Of a stretch of 64,000 bases of DNA, positions 1-15,327 are shown in pieces. The stretch covers positions 32,001-96,000 of the forward strand of contig CAVVTZ010000008.1 in assembly GCA_963751275.1 (NCBI GenBank), given 5' to 3'. This DNA is from an uncultured Gemmatimonadaceae bacterium. Lineage in GTDB: Bacteria > Gemmatimonadota > Gemmatimonadetes > Gemmatimonadales > Gemmatimonadaceae. Both the position numbers and the translations under genes were made by a program. Positions within the stretch are counted from its first letter, which is position 1. Each line of letters opens with the position of its first letter. The notes under the pieces are model-generated. The model was not told the DNA's origin and made no database searches. It worked only from the letters and a program-made list of their open reading frames with translations.

Positions 1-906
1 GCTGCGCGGCTCCGCGGTGTGGGGCTTCCGCATCGACGGCGTGCTGCACGAGCACCAGACCATCCCGGGCGTCGTGGAAGACGTGCACCAGATCATCGGC
101 AACCTGAAGACGCTGACGCTCGTCCTCGCGGACGACGTGGACGAGACGGTGCTCAAGATCCGCAAGAACGGCACGGGCGCCGTGACGGCCCGCGACATCG
201 AGGAGAGCGGCGCGGCGCGGGTCATCGACCCGTCGCACCACCTCTTCACCCTGCAGGATGACCGCGAGCTGAACTATCGAGCTCTACGTCAACAAGGGGC
301 GCGGCTACGTCGAGAGCGACCAGCATCCCGCCGACCGCGGCGCTGCCGATCGACCTCGTGCGCATCGACGCGATCTACAATCCGGTGCGCCGCGTGAACT
401 TCTCGGTCGCCGAGACCCGCGTCGGCCAGCGCACCGACTACGACCGCCTTACGCTGACGGTCGAGACGAACGGCACGCTGACGCCGGAGGAGGCCGTGAG
501 CTACGCGGCCGCGCTGGCGCAGACGCACTTCCAGTTCTTCGCGAACTTCGGCTCGCACTCGCAGGGCGTGGCCGGCGTCGAAGGCGACCACTCGGGCGAC
601 GGACACCGCTTGGCGACGCTGCTCCTGACGCCGATCGATGAGCTCGAGCTGTCGGTGCGCTCGGTGAACTCGCTCAAGAACTCGGACATCCGCACGCTGG
701 GCGACCTCGTGCGCCAGACCGAGACGCAGATGCTGCAGGTCAAGAATTTCGGCAAGAAGTCGCTGCAGGAGATCGCCGACCTGCTCGAGCGAGAAGGATT
801 GAACTTCGGCATGCGGTACGAGGAAGGGCTGGACGGCGTGCGCGTCACCGATTGGGGCACGCCGCCGAGCCGCGCGGCCGCCACCGCACCAGACGACGAG
901 GAGTAG
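1..906 (+). CDS. rpoA: RNA polymerase subunit alpha (5' partial; apparent frameshifts near 276 and 339)
   Basis: Joined frames give GFRIDGVLHE...GVVEDV, KGRGYV, RIDAIYNPVRRVNFSV..TRVGQRTDYDRL and the alpha-CTD IDELELSVRSVNSLK...NFGKKSL; directly upstream of rplQ. Confidence 0.96.
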
Positions 907-912
907 AGCCCC

Positions 913-1269
913 ATGCGCCATCAGAAGGCAGGCCGTCAGCTCCGCCGCACCGGCGAACAGAAGCTCGCGCTCATGCGCGGGCTCGCGTCCGCGCTGATCG
1001 AGCACGGCGCGATCGAGACCACCGAGGCCAAGGCCAAGGAGCTCCGCCCGTTCGTCGAGAAGCTGATCACGAAGGCCAAGACGGGCACGCTCCACGCGCG
1101 CCGGCTCGCCGGCCGTCACGTGCAGCAGCGCGATCTGGGCGACAAGCTGTTCAAGGAACTCGGCCCGCGCTTCAAGACGCGCGCCGGCGGCTACACCCGC
1201 ATCCTGAAGATCGGTCACCGCAAGGGTGACGGCGCCGAAATGGCGCGCATCGAGCTGATCGAGGGCTGA
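913..1269 (+). CDS. rplQ: 50S ribosomal protein L17
   Basis: MRHQKAGRQL...IETTEAKAKELR...GGYTRILK...GDGAEMARIEL. Confidence 0.97.
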   Translation: MRHQKAGRQLRRTGEQKLALMRGLASALIEHGAIETTEAKAKELRPFVEKLITKAKTGTLHARRLAGRHVQQRDLGDKLFKELGPRFKTRAGGYTRILKIGHRKGDGAEMARIELIEG

Positions 1270-1272
1270 CCC

Positions 1273-1485
1273 ATGCAGAGCAAGTGCTGCTACGTGTGCA
1301 AGAAGGGCGTGACCTTCGGGAACAACGTCTCGCACGCCAACAACCGGACGCGCCGGGTCTGGAAGCCGAATCTCCAGGTCGCGCGCATCGTCATCGACGG
1401 CAAGATCACGAAGGTCAAGGTCTGCACCCGCTGTCTCGCGGCCGGCAAGATCCAGCGCGCTCCGCGCGGGGTACCCGTCGCGTGA
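1273..1485 (+). CDS. rpmB: 50S ribosomal protein L28 (zinc-ribbon C+ form)
   Basis: CYVCKKG...[20 protein letters not shown]...VCTRCL. Confidence 0.95.
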   Translation: MQSKCCYVCKKGVTFGNNVSHANNRTRRVWKPNLQVARIVIDGKITKVKVCTRCLAAGKIQRAPRGVPVA

Positions 1486-1512
1486 TGCACGGGGCGCCAA
1501 TAGCTTACTTTG

Positions 1513-1544
1513 ATAGGGAGCCGCAGTCAGGCTCCCTATTTTTC
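1513..1544 (+). terminator. Intrinsic terminator after rpmB
   Basis: ATAGGGAGCC-GCAGTCA-GGCTCCCTAT stem followed by a T run. Confidence 0.8.
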
Positions 1545-1590
1545 TGCCAGTGATCCGCTCCTCTCTTCGACACGCACCCCGGACGCTCCC

Positions 1591-2561
<971 letters not shown>

Positions 2562-2565
2562 CGCG

Positions 2566-3513
2566 ATGCGCCGCGCGCTCGTGACCGGCGCCGGCCGGCT
2601 TCGTCGGCCAGTGGCTCTGTCGCGAGCTGCTGCGGCAGGGCATCGACGTCACGGGTACGGCGCTCGGGGGCGACGTGCCCGCCGGCGCGCTCACCGCGGA
2701 CGAGAAGAAGGCCGTGAGTTGGCGCTCGTGCGACGTGACGCGCATGGACGATGTGCGCGCCGCGATCGAGGCGTCGAAGCCCGACGCGGTGTTCCACCTC
2801 GCGGGCGTGGCGTTCGTTCCGGCGGCCGACAAGGATCCGGGCGCGGCGGTGGATGTGAACGTCGGGGCCGCGGCGCGGCTGCTCGGCGACGTGCGGGCGC
2901 GCCACGCGCGCCGGCACGCTCGACCCCGTGGTCGTCATCGCGGGGAGCGGCGAGCAGTACGGGCGCCATGACTCGGCCGATGTGCCGCTGCGCGAGACGA
3001 CCAAGCAGCGCCCGCTCAGCGTGTACGCCGCGACCAAGGCGGCGCAGGAGGTGATCGCGCTCGAGGCGTACCGCAGCGCGGGAGTCCGGGTGATCGCGAC
3101 GCGGGCGTTCAATCACAGCGGACCGTGGCAGGCGCCGCAGTTCCTGCTGCCCGCGCTCGTCGCGCGGGCGGTGGCGGCGCAGCAGAGCGGCGCGAAGGTC
3201 GTGCCGATCGGCAACACGACGCCGGTACGCGACTTCCTCCACGTGGCCGACGTCGCGCGCGCGTACATCCTGCTCGCGCAGCGCGGCGCGCCGGGTGAGG
3301 CGTACAACATCGCGAGCGGGGTGGGCATCGACGTCGCCGCGCTCGCGCGCCTCGTGCTCGCGCGCGCCGGCGTGGACGCGATGCTGCAGCCCGATCCCGC
3401 GCTGCAGCGGCCGGTGGACGTGCCCGCGCTCGTCGGCGATGCGTCGAAGCTCCGCGCCGCCACCGGGTGGACCCCGGAGCGGCCGCTCGACACTCTCATC
3501 GACGAGTTGATCC

Positions 3514-3530
<17 letters not shown>
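2566..3530 (+). CDS. Extended SDR, probable GDP-4-keto-6-deoxy-mannose reductase (Rmd-like); frameshifts near 2595 and 2910
   Basis: ALVTGAG.FVG Rossmann motif, VFHLAG, YAATK (YxxxK), [24 protein letters not shown]; directly after gmd. Confidence 0.75.
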
Positions 3531-6774
<3,244 letters not shown>

Positions 6775-6829
6775 CGCCTCGCGGTCCCCGACTCAGACTT
6801 CGCGCAACCGAACTCCAGCCACCACTACC

Positions 6830-7943
6830 ATGCCTGTTCCACTGCTCGATCTGAAGGCCCAGCACGCCACCATTCGGGACGAAGTCCTGAAGTCCGTGAT
6901 GCAGGTGGTGGACGACCAATTGTTCATCCTCGGCAAGCCGGTGGCGGCGCTGGAGAAGGCGACCGCCGAGCTGTCGCACACGAAGCACGCGATCGGCTGC
7001 GCGAGCGGCACCGACGCGCTGCTGCTGGCGATCAAGGCGCTGGACATCGGGCGGGGGGACGAGGTGATCACCACGCCCTTCACCTTCTTCGCCACCGCCG
7101 GAACGATCCACAACGCGGGGGCGACGCCCGTGTTCGCGGACATTCGAGCCCGACACGTTCAACCTGAACGTCGCGGCCGCGAAGGCGGCGATGACGTCGA
7201 AGACCAAGGCCGTGATGCCGGTGGACCTCTTCGGCCAGATCGCGCCGATCGAGCAGTATCTCGCGGCGATGCCGGGGTTGCCGCTCATCGAGGACGCGGC
7301 GCAGACCATTGGGGCGCGCCGGAAGATCGGCGGCCAGTGGACCATGGCGGGCGAGCGCGCGACGATCGGCACCTTCTCGTATTTCCCGTCCAAGAACCTC
7401 GGCGGCTACGGCGACGGTGGCATGATCGTGACGCAGGACGACGCGATCGCGGCGCGGCTGTTCAAGCTGCGGACGCACGGCGCGACCACCACGTACTATC
7501 ACGACGAGGTGGGGTTCAACAGCCGGCTCGATGCGCTGCAGGCCGCGGTGCTGCTCGCCAAGATGCCGCACTTGGCGGCGTGGAGCGCGGCGCGCCGCGA
7601 GCATGCGGCGTACTACAACGAGGCGTTCAAGGGGCACGCCGACATCCGCACGCCGGTGATCGATCCGAACAACGAGTCGATCTACAACCAGTACACCATC
7701 CGCGTGCCCCGCCGCGATGAACTGCAGGCGCATCTCAAGGCGAAGGGGATCGGCAACGCGGTGTACTATCCGCTGCCCCTGCACTTGCAGAAGTGTTTCG
7801 CCTATCTTGGCCTGAAGTCCGGGCGGTACCCGGAGTCCGAGCAGGCGGCGAAGGAGGTCCTGTCGCTGCCGGTGTATCCGGAGCTGACCCGTTCACAGCA
7901 GAACGAGACGATCGCGGCCGTGCGCGAATTCTACGGGCGCTGA
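6830..7943 (+). CDS. DegT/DnrJ/EryC1/StrS family PLP-dependent sugar aminotransferase (frameshift near 7145)
   Basis: [52 protein letters not shown]. Confidence 0.92.
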
Positions 7944-8034
7944 CCGCGGTGACAACGGCTCTCTGGCGCGCGTCGATGGAGCGGATGCCAACCGCTCGCA
8001 GCGCGCCGGCCGGCCGGCTGAACGGAGCAGGGAC

Positions 8035-10002
8035 ATGAGCGAGACGCCGACACCAGTCGTCCCGATGCCTGCCGCAGATGACGCGCCCGAGCGGTCGTTC
8101 CCGCTGCTCGGGCTCGGTTTCCATGTGCGCCGCGCCCTGGTCGTCGCGCTGCAGCTGCTGCTCGTGGCCGTCAGCTACTGGACGGCGTTCGCGCTGCGCT
8201 TCGACTTCCGCATCCCGCCCGCCGACCTGCTCACCTTCTGGACGACGCTCGGCCCGCTGCTGCTCATGCGGCTGAGCGCCTTCGCCTACTACCAGCTGTA
8301 CAGCGGCTGGTGGCGCTATGTGGGCATGCGCGATCTGTACGCGCTGCTCAAGGCGGTGCTCTCGAGCAGCATCCTGTTCACCGCCGCGCTCGTGCTGCTC
8401 GGCCGGGCGCTGGCCTTCCCGCGGTCGGTGATCGCGATCGACGCGGTGCTCACGATGATGATGATCGGTGGCGCGCGTTTCACCCTGCGCGCCTTCCGTG
8501 AGAGCCGCCGGCCGCGCGGCGATGGCACGCGCAAGCGGCGCGTGCTGATCATCGGCGCGGGCGACGCCGGCGAGCTGCTGCTGCGTGAGATCCAGAACAA
8601 CCCGCGCCTCGGCTACGAGCCGGTCGGCTTCGTGGACGATGACCCGCGCAAGACCGGCTTCCAGATCCACGGCGTGGCGGTGATCGGCGCGACGGCGAAC
8701 CTCGCCGGCGTGCTGGCGGCGCATCCCGCCGACGAACTGATCATCGCGATCCCCTCGGCCTCGCGCGAGAAGATCCAGTCGATCGTCAACCGCTGCCTCG
8801 CGCTGCGCCTGCCGTTCAAGATCCTGCCGGCGATCGCGGCGCTTTCGGGTCGGGTGCTCGTGAGCCAGCTGCGGCCGGTGCGCGTGGAAGACCTGCTCGG
8901 CCGCGACCCGGTGGAGCTCGACTCGTCGGTCGTGCGCGCGGAGATCGTGGGGCGCCGCGTGCTCATCACCGGCGGCGGCGGGTCGATCGGCGCGGAACTC
9001 GCGCGCCAGGTCGCGACCTTCGAGCCGGCCGAGATCGCGCTGGTGGACCGCAGCGAGAACTCGCTCTATCTGATCGAACAGGAATTGCGGCGCAAGCATC
9101 CGAACCTGCTCGTGCGCGCGGTGCTGTGCGACGTGCGCGATGCCGCCGACATCGGCCGCTTCTTCCGCGAGGTGAAACCGGAGATGGTCTTCCATGCGGC
9201 GGCGTTCAAGCACGTGCCGATGATGGAGAACCACCTGCCGCACGCGGTGCACAACAACGTGTTCGGCACGCGGATCATCGCGTCGGCGGCCGCGGTGCAT
9301 GGCGCGAAGTTCGTGCTCGTGAGCACCGACAAGGCGGTGAGCCCGAGCAACGTGATGGGCGCCACCAAACGGCTCGGCGAGAAGATCGTGCTCTCGCTCA
9401 ACGCGGCCGGCGGCCAGCATTTCGTGGTGGTGCGCTTCGGGAACGTGCTGGGCAGCAACGGGTCCGTCGTGCCGCTCTTCGCGGAGCAGATAGCGGACGG
9501 CGGACCGGTGACCGTCACGCACCCCGATGCCACGCGCTATTTCATGACGATCCCCGAGGCGGTGAAGCTCGTGCTGCAGGCCTCCGCGCTCGACGAGGCG
9601 CGCGACAAGATCGTGATGCTCGAGATGGGCGAGCCGGTGCGCATCGTGGACCTCGCGCGGAATCTCATCCGTCTCTCGGGACTCGAGCCGGACGTGGACA
9701 TCCCGATCATCTTCACGGGGCTGCGTCCCGGCGAGAAGCTGCACGAGCAGCTGACCGACGAGACCGAGGCGACGCTGCCGACGCGGTACAAGAAGATCCG
9801 CATCGTGCAGACCGACGCGCCGGTGCCGCTCGAGGAGGGACTCGCGGAACTCTGGGATGCGCTGGATGCGCGCGACGACCGCCGGCTTCTGCGCACGCTG
9901 CAGCAGCTGGTGCCGGAGTACCTGCCGCAGTCGGCCCTTCTGGCCAGTGTGCGCGACCGGGTGAGCGGGGAAGTACGGGTTCAGAACCGAGGTGCCAGGT
10001 GA
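8035..10002 (+). CDS. Membrane-bound nucleoside-diphosphate sugar 4,6-dehydratase (CapD/PglF/WbpM family)
   Basis: N-terminal TM segments, IIGAGDAG, VEDLLGR, TGGGGSIG, FHAAAFKHVP, STDKAV, VRFGNVLGS.GSV, RPGEKLHE. Confidence 0.93.
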   Translation: MSETPTPVVPMPAADDAPERSFPLLGLGFHVRRALVVALQLLLVAVSYWTAFALRFDFRIPPADLLTFWTTLGPLLLMRLSAFAYYQLYSGWWRYVGMRDLYALLKAVLSSSILFTAALVLLGRALAFPRSVIAIDAVLTMMMIGGARFTLRAFRESRRPRGDGTRKRRVLIIGAGDAGELLLREIQNNPRLGYEPVGFVDDDPRKTGFQIHGVAVIGATANLAGVLAAHPADELIIAIPSASREKIQSIVNRCLALRLPFKILPAIAALSGRVLVSQLRPVRVEDLLGRDPVELDSSVVRAEIVGRRVLITGGGGSIGAELARQVATFEPAEIALVDRSENSLYLIEQELRRKHPNLLVRAVLCDVRDAADIGRFFREVKPEMVFHAAAFKHVPMMENHLPHAVHNNVFGTRIIASAAAVHGAKFVLVSTDKAVSPSNVMGATKRLGEKIVLSLNAAGGQHFVVVRFGNVLGSNGSVVPLFAEQIADGGPVTVTHPDATRYFMTIPEAVKLVLQASALDEARDKIVMLEMGEPVRIVDLARNLIRLSGLEPDVDIPIIFTGLRPGEKLHEQLTDETEATLPTRYKKIRIVQTDAPVPLEEGLAELWDALDARDDRRLLRTLQQLVPEYLPQSALLASVRDRVSGEVRVQNRGAR

Positions 10003-11615
10003 AGGCTTCGCGAAGGTCAGGGGCGCGTCTCGCGTATGGCGTCTGGATACTGCTGCTCGGCGGCGTGAGCGCCGCCGCGGCGCAGCATCCGCTCGTTTCC
10101 ATCCCTCTCGATGATCCGATGTACGTGCAGCTCGACGCACTCATGCGGCAGGGGTGCGTCGCGGCGCGGATCTCACCCTATCGCCCCTACATCACGCTCG
10201 CGGTACGGCAGGCGCTCATCGCGGCGCACGACGAGAAGAATTGCCAGGGACCGCTCCTCGAGCTGCTCACCGCGCGCTTCACGCGCGATACCGGCTGGGT
10301 GCATGACACCGCGGGGAGCCGCCTGCGTTTCGGGTCCGTCCTTTCATTGCGGGGGACGGGTGAGTCCAACGGCACCGTCGCGCCGCTCTGGCGCGATGTG
10401 CGGTCCACCGATTCGGGGCCCCAGCCGCTCGTGGGCTACGCGGCGGCGCGCCTCACGTTCAACGGCGGCGAGCATTTCGTCGCCGTGTCGGAGCTGTTCG
10501 CGCAGACGGGTGTGCGCGATGATCCCACGATCCGGCAGGAGAGCTTCCGGCATGGGTCCGGCGTCGTCGGCTCCGACGAAGCGTACTTCACCGCGCGCGC
10601 CGGCCCCGCGTTCTTCTTCTTCGGCCGCGAGCCGGTGGCCTGGACGGGCGACGGCACGCAGTCGCTCGCGCTGAGCGCGGCGGGCCCGCCGATCGACCAC
10701 TTCGGGTTCGCGCTGCGATTGCGGCAGTGGGAATTCATGAGCTTCGTGGGCCAGCTGAGCGACGTGAGCCTCGATCCGGCCACCGACAGCGTGCCCACGT
10801 CCGAGCACTGGTATCGCACCCTCTACGCCCACGCGATCACCTTCTGGCCGGTGCGCAGCGTGGAGCTCAGCCTCGGCGAGACGGCGCTCGTCCCGCGCAC
10901 TACCGGCGGCCTCGACTGGGCGTACCTCAATCCCATCATGCCGTACCAGACCACGCAGCACGAGACCAACCAGTCCGGCAACGGTGACGCGAATCTCACG
11001 GGCTTCTTCTCGGCGCGCGCGACGCTTGGCAAAGCCTCGCTCTCGGGTGAATTGCTGATCGACGACTATCAGATCGACTCGAACGACAAGTTGATCTACC
11101 CGAACCAGCTCGCGTGGACCCTCGGCGCCAGCTACCCGATCGCGCTCGCGATGGCGTCGAGTCTCTCGATCAATTGGCAGCTCGTGCAGAGCTTCACGTA
11201 CGTGGGGCAGGAACGCTACTCGAAGGTCTATCAGAACTTCGACGCGCCGATCGGGTCGAACCTGGGGCCCGACGCGCAGACGGTGCTTGGGACCTTCGAG
11301 GTGTGGACATCGCCGCGCCTGCGCTTCGGCGCCACCGGCGGCTGGTGGGAGCGCGGCTCGCAGCGGCTGGACCAGCGTCCGCCGATCAATCGCACGGGAC
11401 ACGCGGGCGATCCGTATCCCGACACGACCGCGCTGCGCCCCAAGGTACAGTCGTCGATCATCGGCGGCTTGAGCGCGGCGTGGCTCGACGAGCGGTTCCC
11501 GATCACCCTCGAGGTGGGTGATTCGCGGATCTCGAACGTGAACAACCAGCCGACGGATGCGAAGGACTATCTGTTGGTGAAGCTCACGGCGAGTTGGCGG
11601 TACCAGTACCCGTAG
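9999..11615 (+). CDS. Capsule assembly Wzi-like outer-membrane beta-barrel
   Basis: GTG overlaps the capD stop; signal peptide (..LLLGGVSAAAA-Q); W.G.G.QSLALS..., ELSLGET, DWAYLNP, GELLIDD, IGSNLGPD; aromatic C-terminus. Confidence 0.7.
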   Translation: MKASRRSGARLAYGVWILLLGGVSAAAAQHPLVSIPLDDPMYVQLDALMRQGCVAARISPYRPYITLAVRQALIAAHDEKNCQGPLLELLTARFTRDTGWVHDTAGSRLRFGSVLSLRGTGESNGTVAPLWRDVRSTDSGPQPLVGYAAARLTFNGGEHFVAVSELFAQTGVRDDPTIRQESFRHGSGVVGSDEAYFTARAGPAFFFFGREPVAWTGDGTQSLALSAAGPPIDHFGFALRLRQWEFMSFVGQLSDVSLDPATDSVPTSEHWYRTLYAHAITFWPVRSVELSLGETALVPRTTGGLDWAYLNPIMPYQTTQHETNQSGNGDANLTGFFSARATLGKASLSGELLIDDYQIDSNDKLIYPNQLAWTLGASYPIALAMASSLSINWQLVQSFTYVGQERYSKVYQNFDAPIGSNLGPDAQTVLGTFEVWTSPRLRFGATGGWWERGSQRLDQRPPINRTGHAGDPYPDTTALRPKVQSSIIGGLSAAWLDERFPITLEVGDSRISNVNNQPTDAKDYLLVKLTASWRYQYP

Positions 11616-13685
11616 GCGGAGCGGGGTAGGGCAGGAGGATCCCGCCACCGGGGGAATCGACGCGGCGGAACAGATACCAGGTCCGGTCGCCGAACCGCGC
11701 GCGCAATCGCTCGTTGAGCGCGGCGCCCAGATCACGGGCGTAGATGATGTCCCCGCGCACGAGTCCCCGAGCGTCGAACTCGAAGAGCGGCAGGAACGCC
11801 TCGAACGCGGTGCTGTGCACGGAGTCCGACTGGAATTCGCTGGCGCACACCGGCGGCAGCGAATCCGTCCGGCGCAGCCGGGCGAATCCCGTGGGCGTCG
11901 CGATGCGCGGAGCCCCTTCCGCGGCGTTCGTCGCCCCGACGATGCGCGCCAGACGGGTCTCGGCGCTCCCGCCGAGGCTGTCTTCCCGGTCCAGCGCGAG
12001 CTGCAGATCGCACGCATCGGCGAAACCCTCTATCTGCTCCGAATTCAGGCGCCCGAGCTCGAGGGCCTCCAGGCGCGCGAAGAGCCGGCCGGTCCAGCTC
12101 ACCGGGACGAAGACGAGCGCATGATGGGCGCCGGCGATGCGGACGACCTCATCGGGGCTGGTCCGCGCATTCTCCGGTGTCGCGCGCTGCCGGACGATGC
12201 TGGCCAGCAGTGAGAAGCGCGCGCCTGGGACGAACCACGCGTACGCGAGACACAGCGGGAGCACGAGGACCATCGCCCGGGCCGTCGTACCGCCTACGCG
12301 CGCGGCAACGAGCGCCGGTGCGCGCGCGACGAGCAGCACGAAGAGCGGCATCACGCCGTACAGGAAGCGCGGCCCGAACATCTCACCATCGAACCAGTAC
12401 GCGGCGTATCCCGCGCAGAAGACGACGATCGATCGCGTAGACCAGCGCATCCCAGCGGGTGACGCGCCGGAGCGCGAGCAGTCCCGCCGCGATGAGCAAG
12501 AGCGCCGGGATCGGTCCGTATAACAGAGCCCGATTCATGAGCAGCAAGTAGGACGAAGCGAGCATGAGACCGCGGAGCGGCGTGTGTTCCACGCCATGGG
12601 GCGAAACATGGAAGCCCGGGTCATGTTCGGACCCGTTGATCGCCTGGTATCCGAACTCGAGCGGATGACCGGTGATGTTCACGTTGACCGCGAACACGAT
12701 CGCCAACGGCACGAGCCCGGCAAGCAACTGGACCACGAGCGACCGCGGCCGCCACGTCGCCCCGCGGAGTGCCGTCAGTTGGAAGGCGCCGATGACGATC
12801 GCCGAGAGCGCGGCATCATACGGCCGCACGGCGACATTCGCGGCGACCGAGAAGCCGATGATCGCGGCGCTCGTGTAGGCCGCGGGTCGCGTCTCGGCGG
12901 TGGTCCAGGTGGCGAGCGCCGCAAGCGCGATCATGATCAGCATCATCGACTCATTGTGCGTCATGCGCGTCGCGCCCATCATGATCAGGAATCCGGCCAG
13001 GCACAGCACGACCGTCGTGCCGCGAGCGACGCGCTCCCCATAGGCGCTCCGGGCGAACCGGTAGAACGCGAATACCGCGACCCCCGACGAGATCGGACCG
13101 ACGAGCCACTGCGCGCCGATCCGGTCCGTGATCGCCATGGCCGTGATAGCGCCGACCGGATTCGCCGTGAACCAGCGGTCGCCGAACGCGCCGACCGTCG
13201 GAGCGAAGAATGCGGGGTCCGGATCGCGCGGCACCCACAGCCGTCCGGCCAGCATCATACGGCCGTTCCACATCGCGTAGGCCTGCATCCATCGAGAGCC
13301 AGTGGCGGCGGAACGAGAACCAGGCGTTCGCCGCGGTGAGCAGTGCCGCCAAGGTGGCGCACGCGAGCGCGAACGTCGCGGGCGTCGGTGAGAGCACCGC
13401 GGCGGTGCTCGCGCTCCACCAGCGGTCGAGGCGTGGGCCGAGGAGGGCCGCCAGACCGTAGGCGAGCGCGAGCGTGATCGCGGTGAGGATCGACCAATGT
13501 ACCGCCGCGCCGTTCCACCATGGGTCGGGCGTCTGATCGGTCAGCAGATTCGAGAGCGGGATCAATCCGAGCGCGGCGAGGAACGCCGCGAACACGCGCG
13601 CGGGCCAGGTCAATGGCGCGCGCTCCGAGGGTGGTTCCCTTCGCGTCGCGCGGCTTGACCCCGTCGTCGAGCGCCCTCGCTTCAT
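11584..13685 (-). CDS. Multi-pass GT-C superfamily (ArnT/PMT-like) glycosyltransferase; frameshifts near 13290 and 12445; start uncertain (13685 or 13613)
   Basis: Three minus-strand ORF pieces join into about 12 TM helices; early loop WLSMD-(E)-QAY, VRPYDA, FGPRFLY; soluble C-terminal domain (YARDLG..LN.RL...F.DR.WY). Confidence 0.6.
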
Positions 13686-13819
13686 GCGGACCCCTCGAAT
13701 GGAACGGACAGCGCTCGTTTGATCGGCGGAAGATGCCGGGCAAGGCTCGTGACGGCAAGGCGACGAGGCGCCACGAGTGGAACCGCAACGCGATGGGCTC
13801 GCCGCTCGTCCTCTCAGGC

Positions 13820-15190
13820 ATGCAGACCACATCGACCTCTTTCCGCCAGCGCAGCGTCGCCAACTCCCCCGCGAGTGCATGGCGGTTCGTACTGTGCGCC
13901 CTGCCGTTCGCGCTCGCGTGTGCGAAACACGATACCGCGCAGTCCCCCGCTGACTCGTCCCGCCCCGCATCCACGCCCGCGAGGAGTGCGCTCCATTGCC
14001 CGCCGCCCGCCGTCGCGCTGCTGCACACGCTGGCCGGCTATACGCCGCCACCCGATCAAAGCGCCTATTCCGCGACCGAGCGCCCCCTGCCGCGCGAGTG
14101 GGGCGCGATTGCGCTCGGCATGACGGGCGGTGAGTTCACGACGCTCACGGGCGTACCGCCGCAGCCGTGCAAGGATGTGGACTGCGCGCGCCACCATCTC
14201 GGTCCCCACTCCTCGAGCGCGCTCTTCACGGTCGAAGCCGGCGCGTCGGGCCCGGCGTACCGTCCCCTCGCGAGCGACTCCGCGCCGAACTGCGCCGTCG
14301 AGCTGCTCGCCGCGTTCTTCCGTGATACGCTGGTCACGATCGAGGAGATTCGCCGCGCGCCCTGGGCGCGCGATTCGCTGATCGAGAAGTACACAGTGCT
14401 CTTCGGCGCGCCGGCAGTGACCGACAGCGACAGCACGTCGCGCACGGAATCGTGGAGCCGCGATCCCACCGTCGTGCGGCTCCGGCTGGCCTCCGCGCCG
14501 CTCGCACCGGCCGCGAAGGGCGCACCCGCGCCAGGCGCGATCCTCTCGGTCACGCTCAACGATCCCGGGCCGCAGCAGGCGGACTACATGCAGGCGGTGA
14601 ATGCGTCGATCCGCCGCGCCGATTCGATCGTGCACGCCGATTCCATTCCGCCGTCGCCCACCTGGCCGCTGCCCCGCGGCTGGGCGTCGATCACGCTCGG
14701 CATGACTGAGAGTGCCTTCGCGCTTGCCGTCGGCGCCGACCCCAAGGACTGCAGCAAGGAGGACTGGTGCCCCGACGGCGGGACGTCCTCGTACGTCCTG
14801 GTCGACAGCACCGCCGGGATGATCATCTTCCGCGAGCCGTCCAAGACGGAGAATAGCACCGCGAACCGGTCGCTCGCCGCGCAGTTCTTCGGGCGCCGCC
14901 TCTACATGCTCGTGCTGCGGACACGCTACGCGGCGGCGGTGCAGGGCGCGCCGAGTCCGTACGACTCGCTGCGCCGGCAGGCACTGAAAGACTACGGGCC
15001 GCCGAGCGATGTGCTGAACGCGGCGGATGCGTCGTTCGTCTCGTGGAACAAGGGCCCCGGTCAGTACTGGATCCGGCGCACCCGATCGCCGGATACCGAC
15101 GAGGTCACGGTGGGGTGGCTGGACTGCCGGTTGGCGGGTCCGCCGGACGGCAGGTGTCCACGTTTCTCGGGGAAGACCAACACGCCCTGA
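13820..15190 (+). CDS. Hypothetical lipoprotein with an internally duplicated domain (start may be 13793)
   Basis: Lipobox ALA-C; repeats PLPREWGAIALGMT (14084) and PLPRGWASITLGMT (14666). Confidence 0.65.
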   Translation: MQTTSTSFRQRSVANSPASAWRFVLCALPFALACAKHDTAQSPADSSRPASTPARSALHCPPPAVALLHTLAGYTPPPDQSAYSATERPLPREWGAIALGMTGGEFTTLTGVPPQPCKDVDCARHHLGPHSSSALFTVEAGASGPAYRPLASDSAPNCAVELLAAFFRDTLVTIEEIRRAPWARDSLIEKYTVLFGAPAVTDSDSTSRTESWSRDPTVVRLRLASAPLAPAAKGAPAPGAILSVTLNDPGPQQADYMQAVNASIRRADSIVHADSIPPSPTWPLPRGWASITLGMTESAFALAVGADPKDCSKEDWCPDGGTSSYVLVDSTAGMIIFREPSKTENSTANRSLAAQFFGRRLYMLVLRTRYAAAVQGAPSPYDSLRRQALKDYGPPSDVLNAADASFVSWNKGPGQYWIRRTRSPDTDEVTVGWLDCRLAGPPDGRCPRFSGKTNTP

Positions 15191-15327
15191 GAACTGCGGG
15201 GGCGTTTGTAGCAACTGAGCGTGTGGTCCAGCGTGCGGGCGCCGGTGCCATTGCCCACCCCCATCCGGCCCGATAACTTCAATAGCTGTAACTATTTTCG
15301 ACTTCCTGCCCGGGTGCATTTCGACGC

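Noticed and set aside
10020..10040. Repeat-arm-like GGGGCGCGTCTCGCGTATGGC (similar at 48397-48420 and near 55000)
   Set aside because: These lie within or next to probable coding starts and are short GC-rich matches, so chance cannot be excluded.
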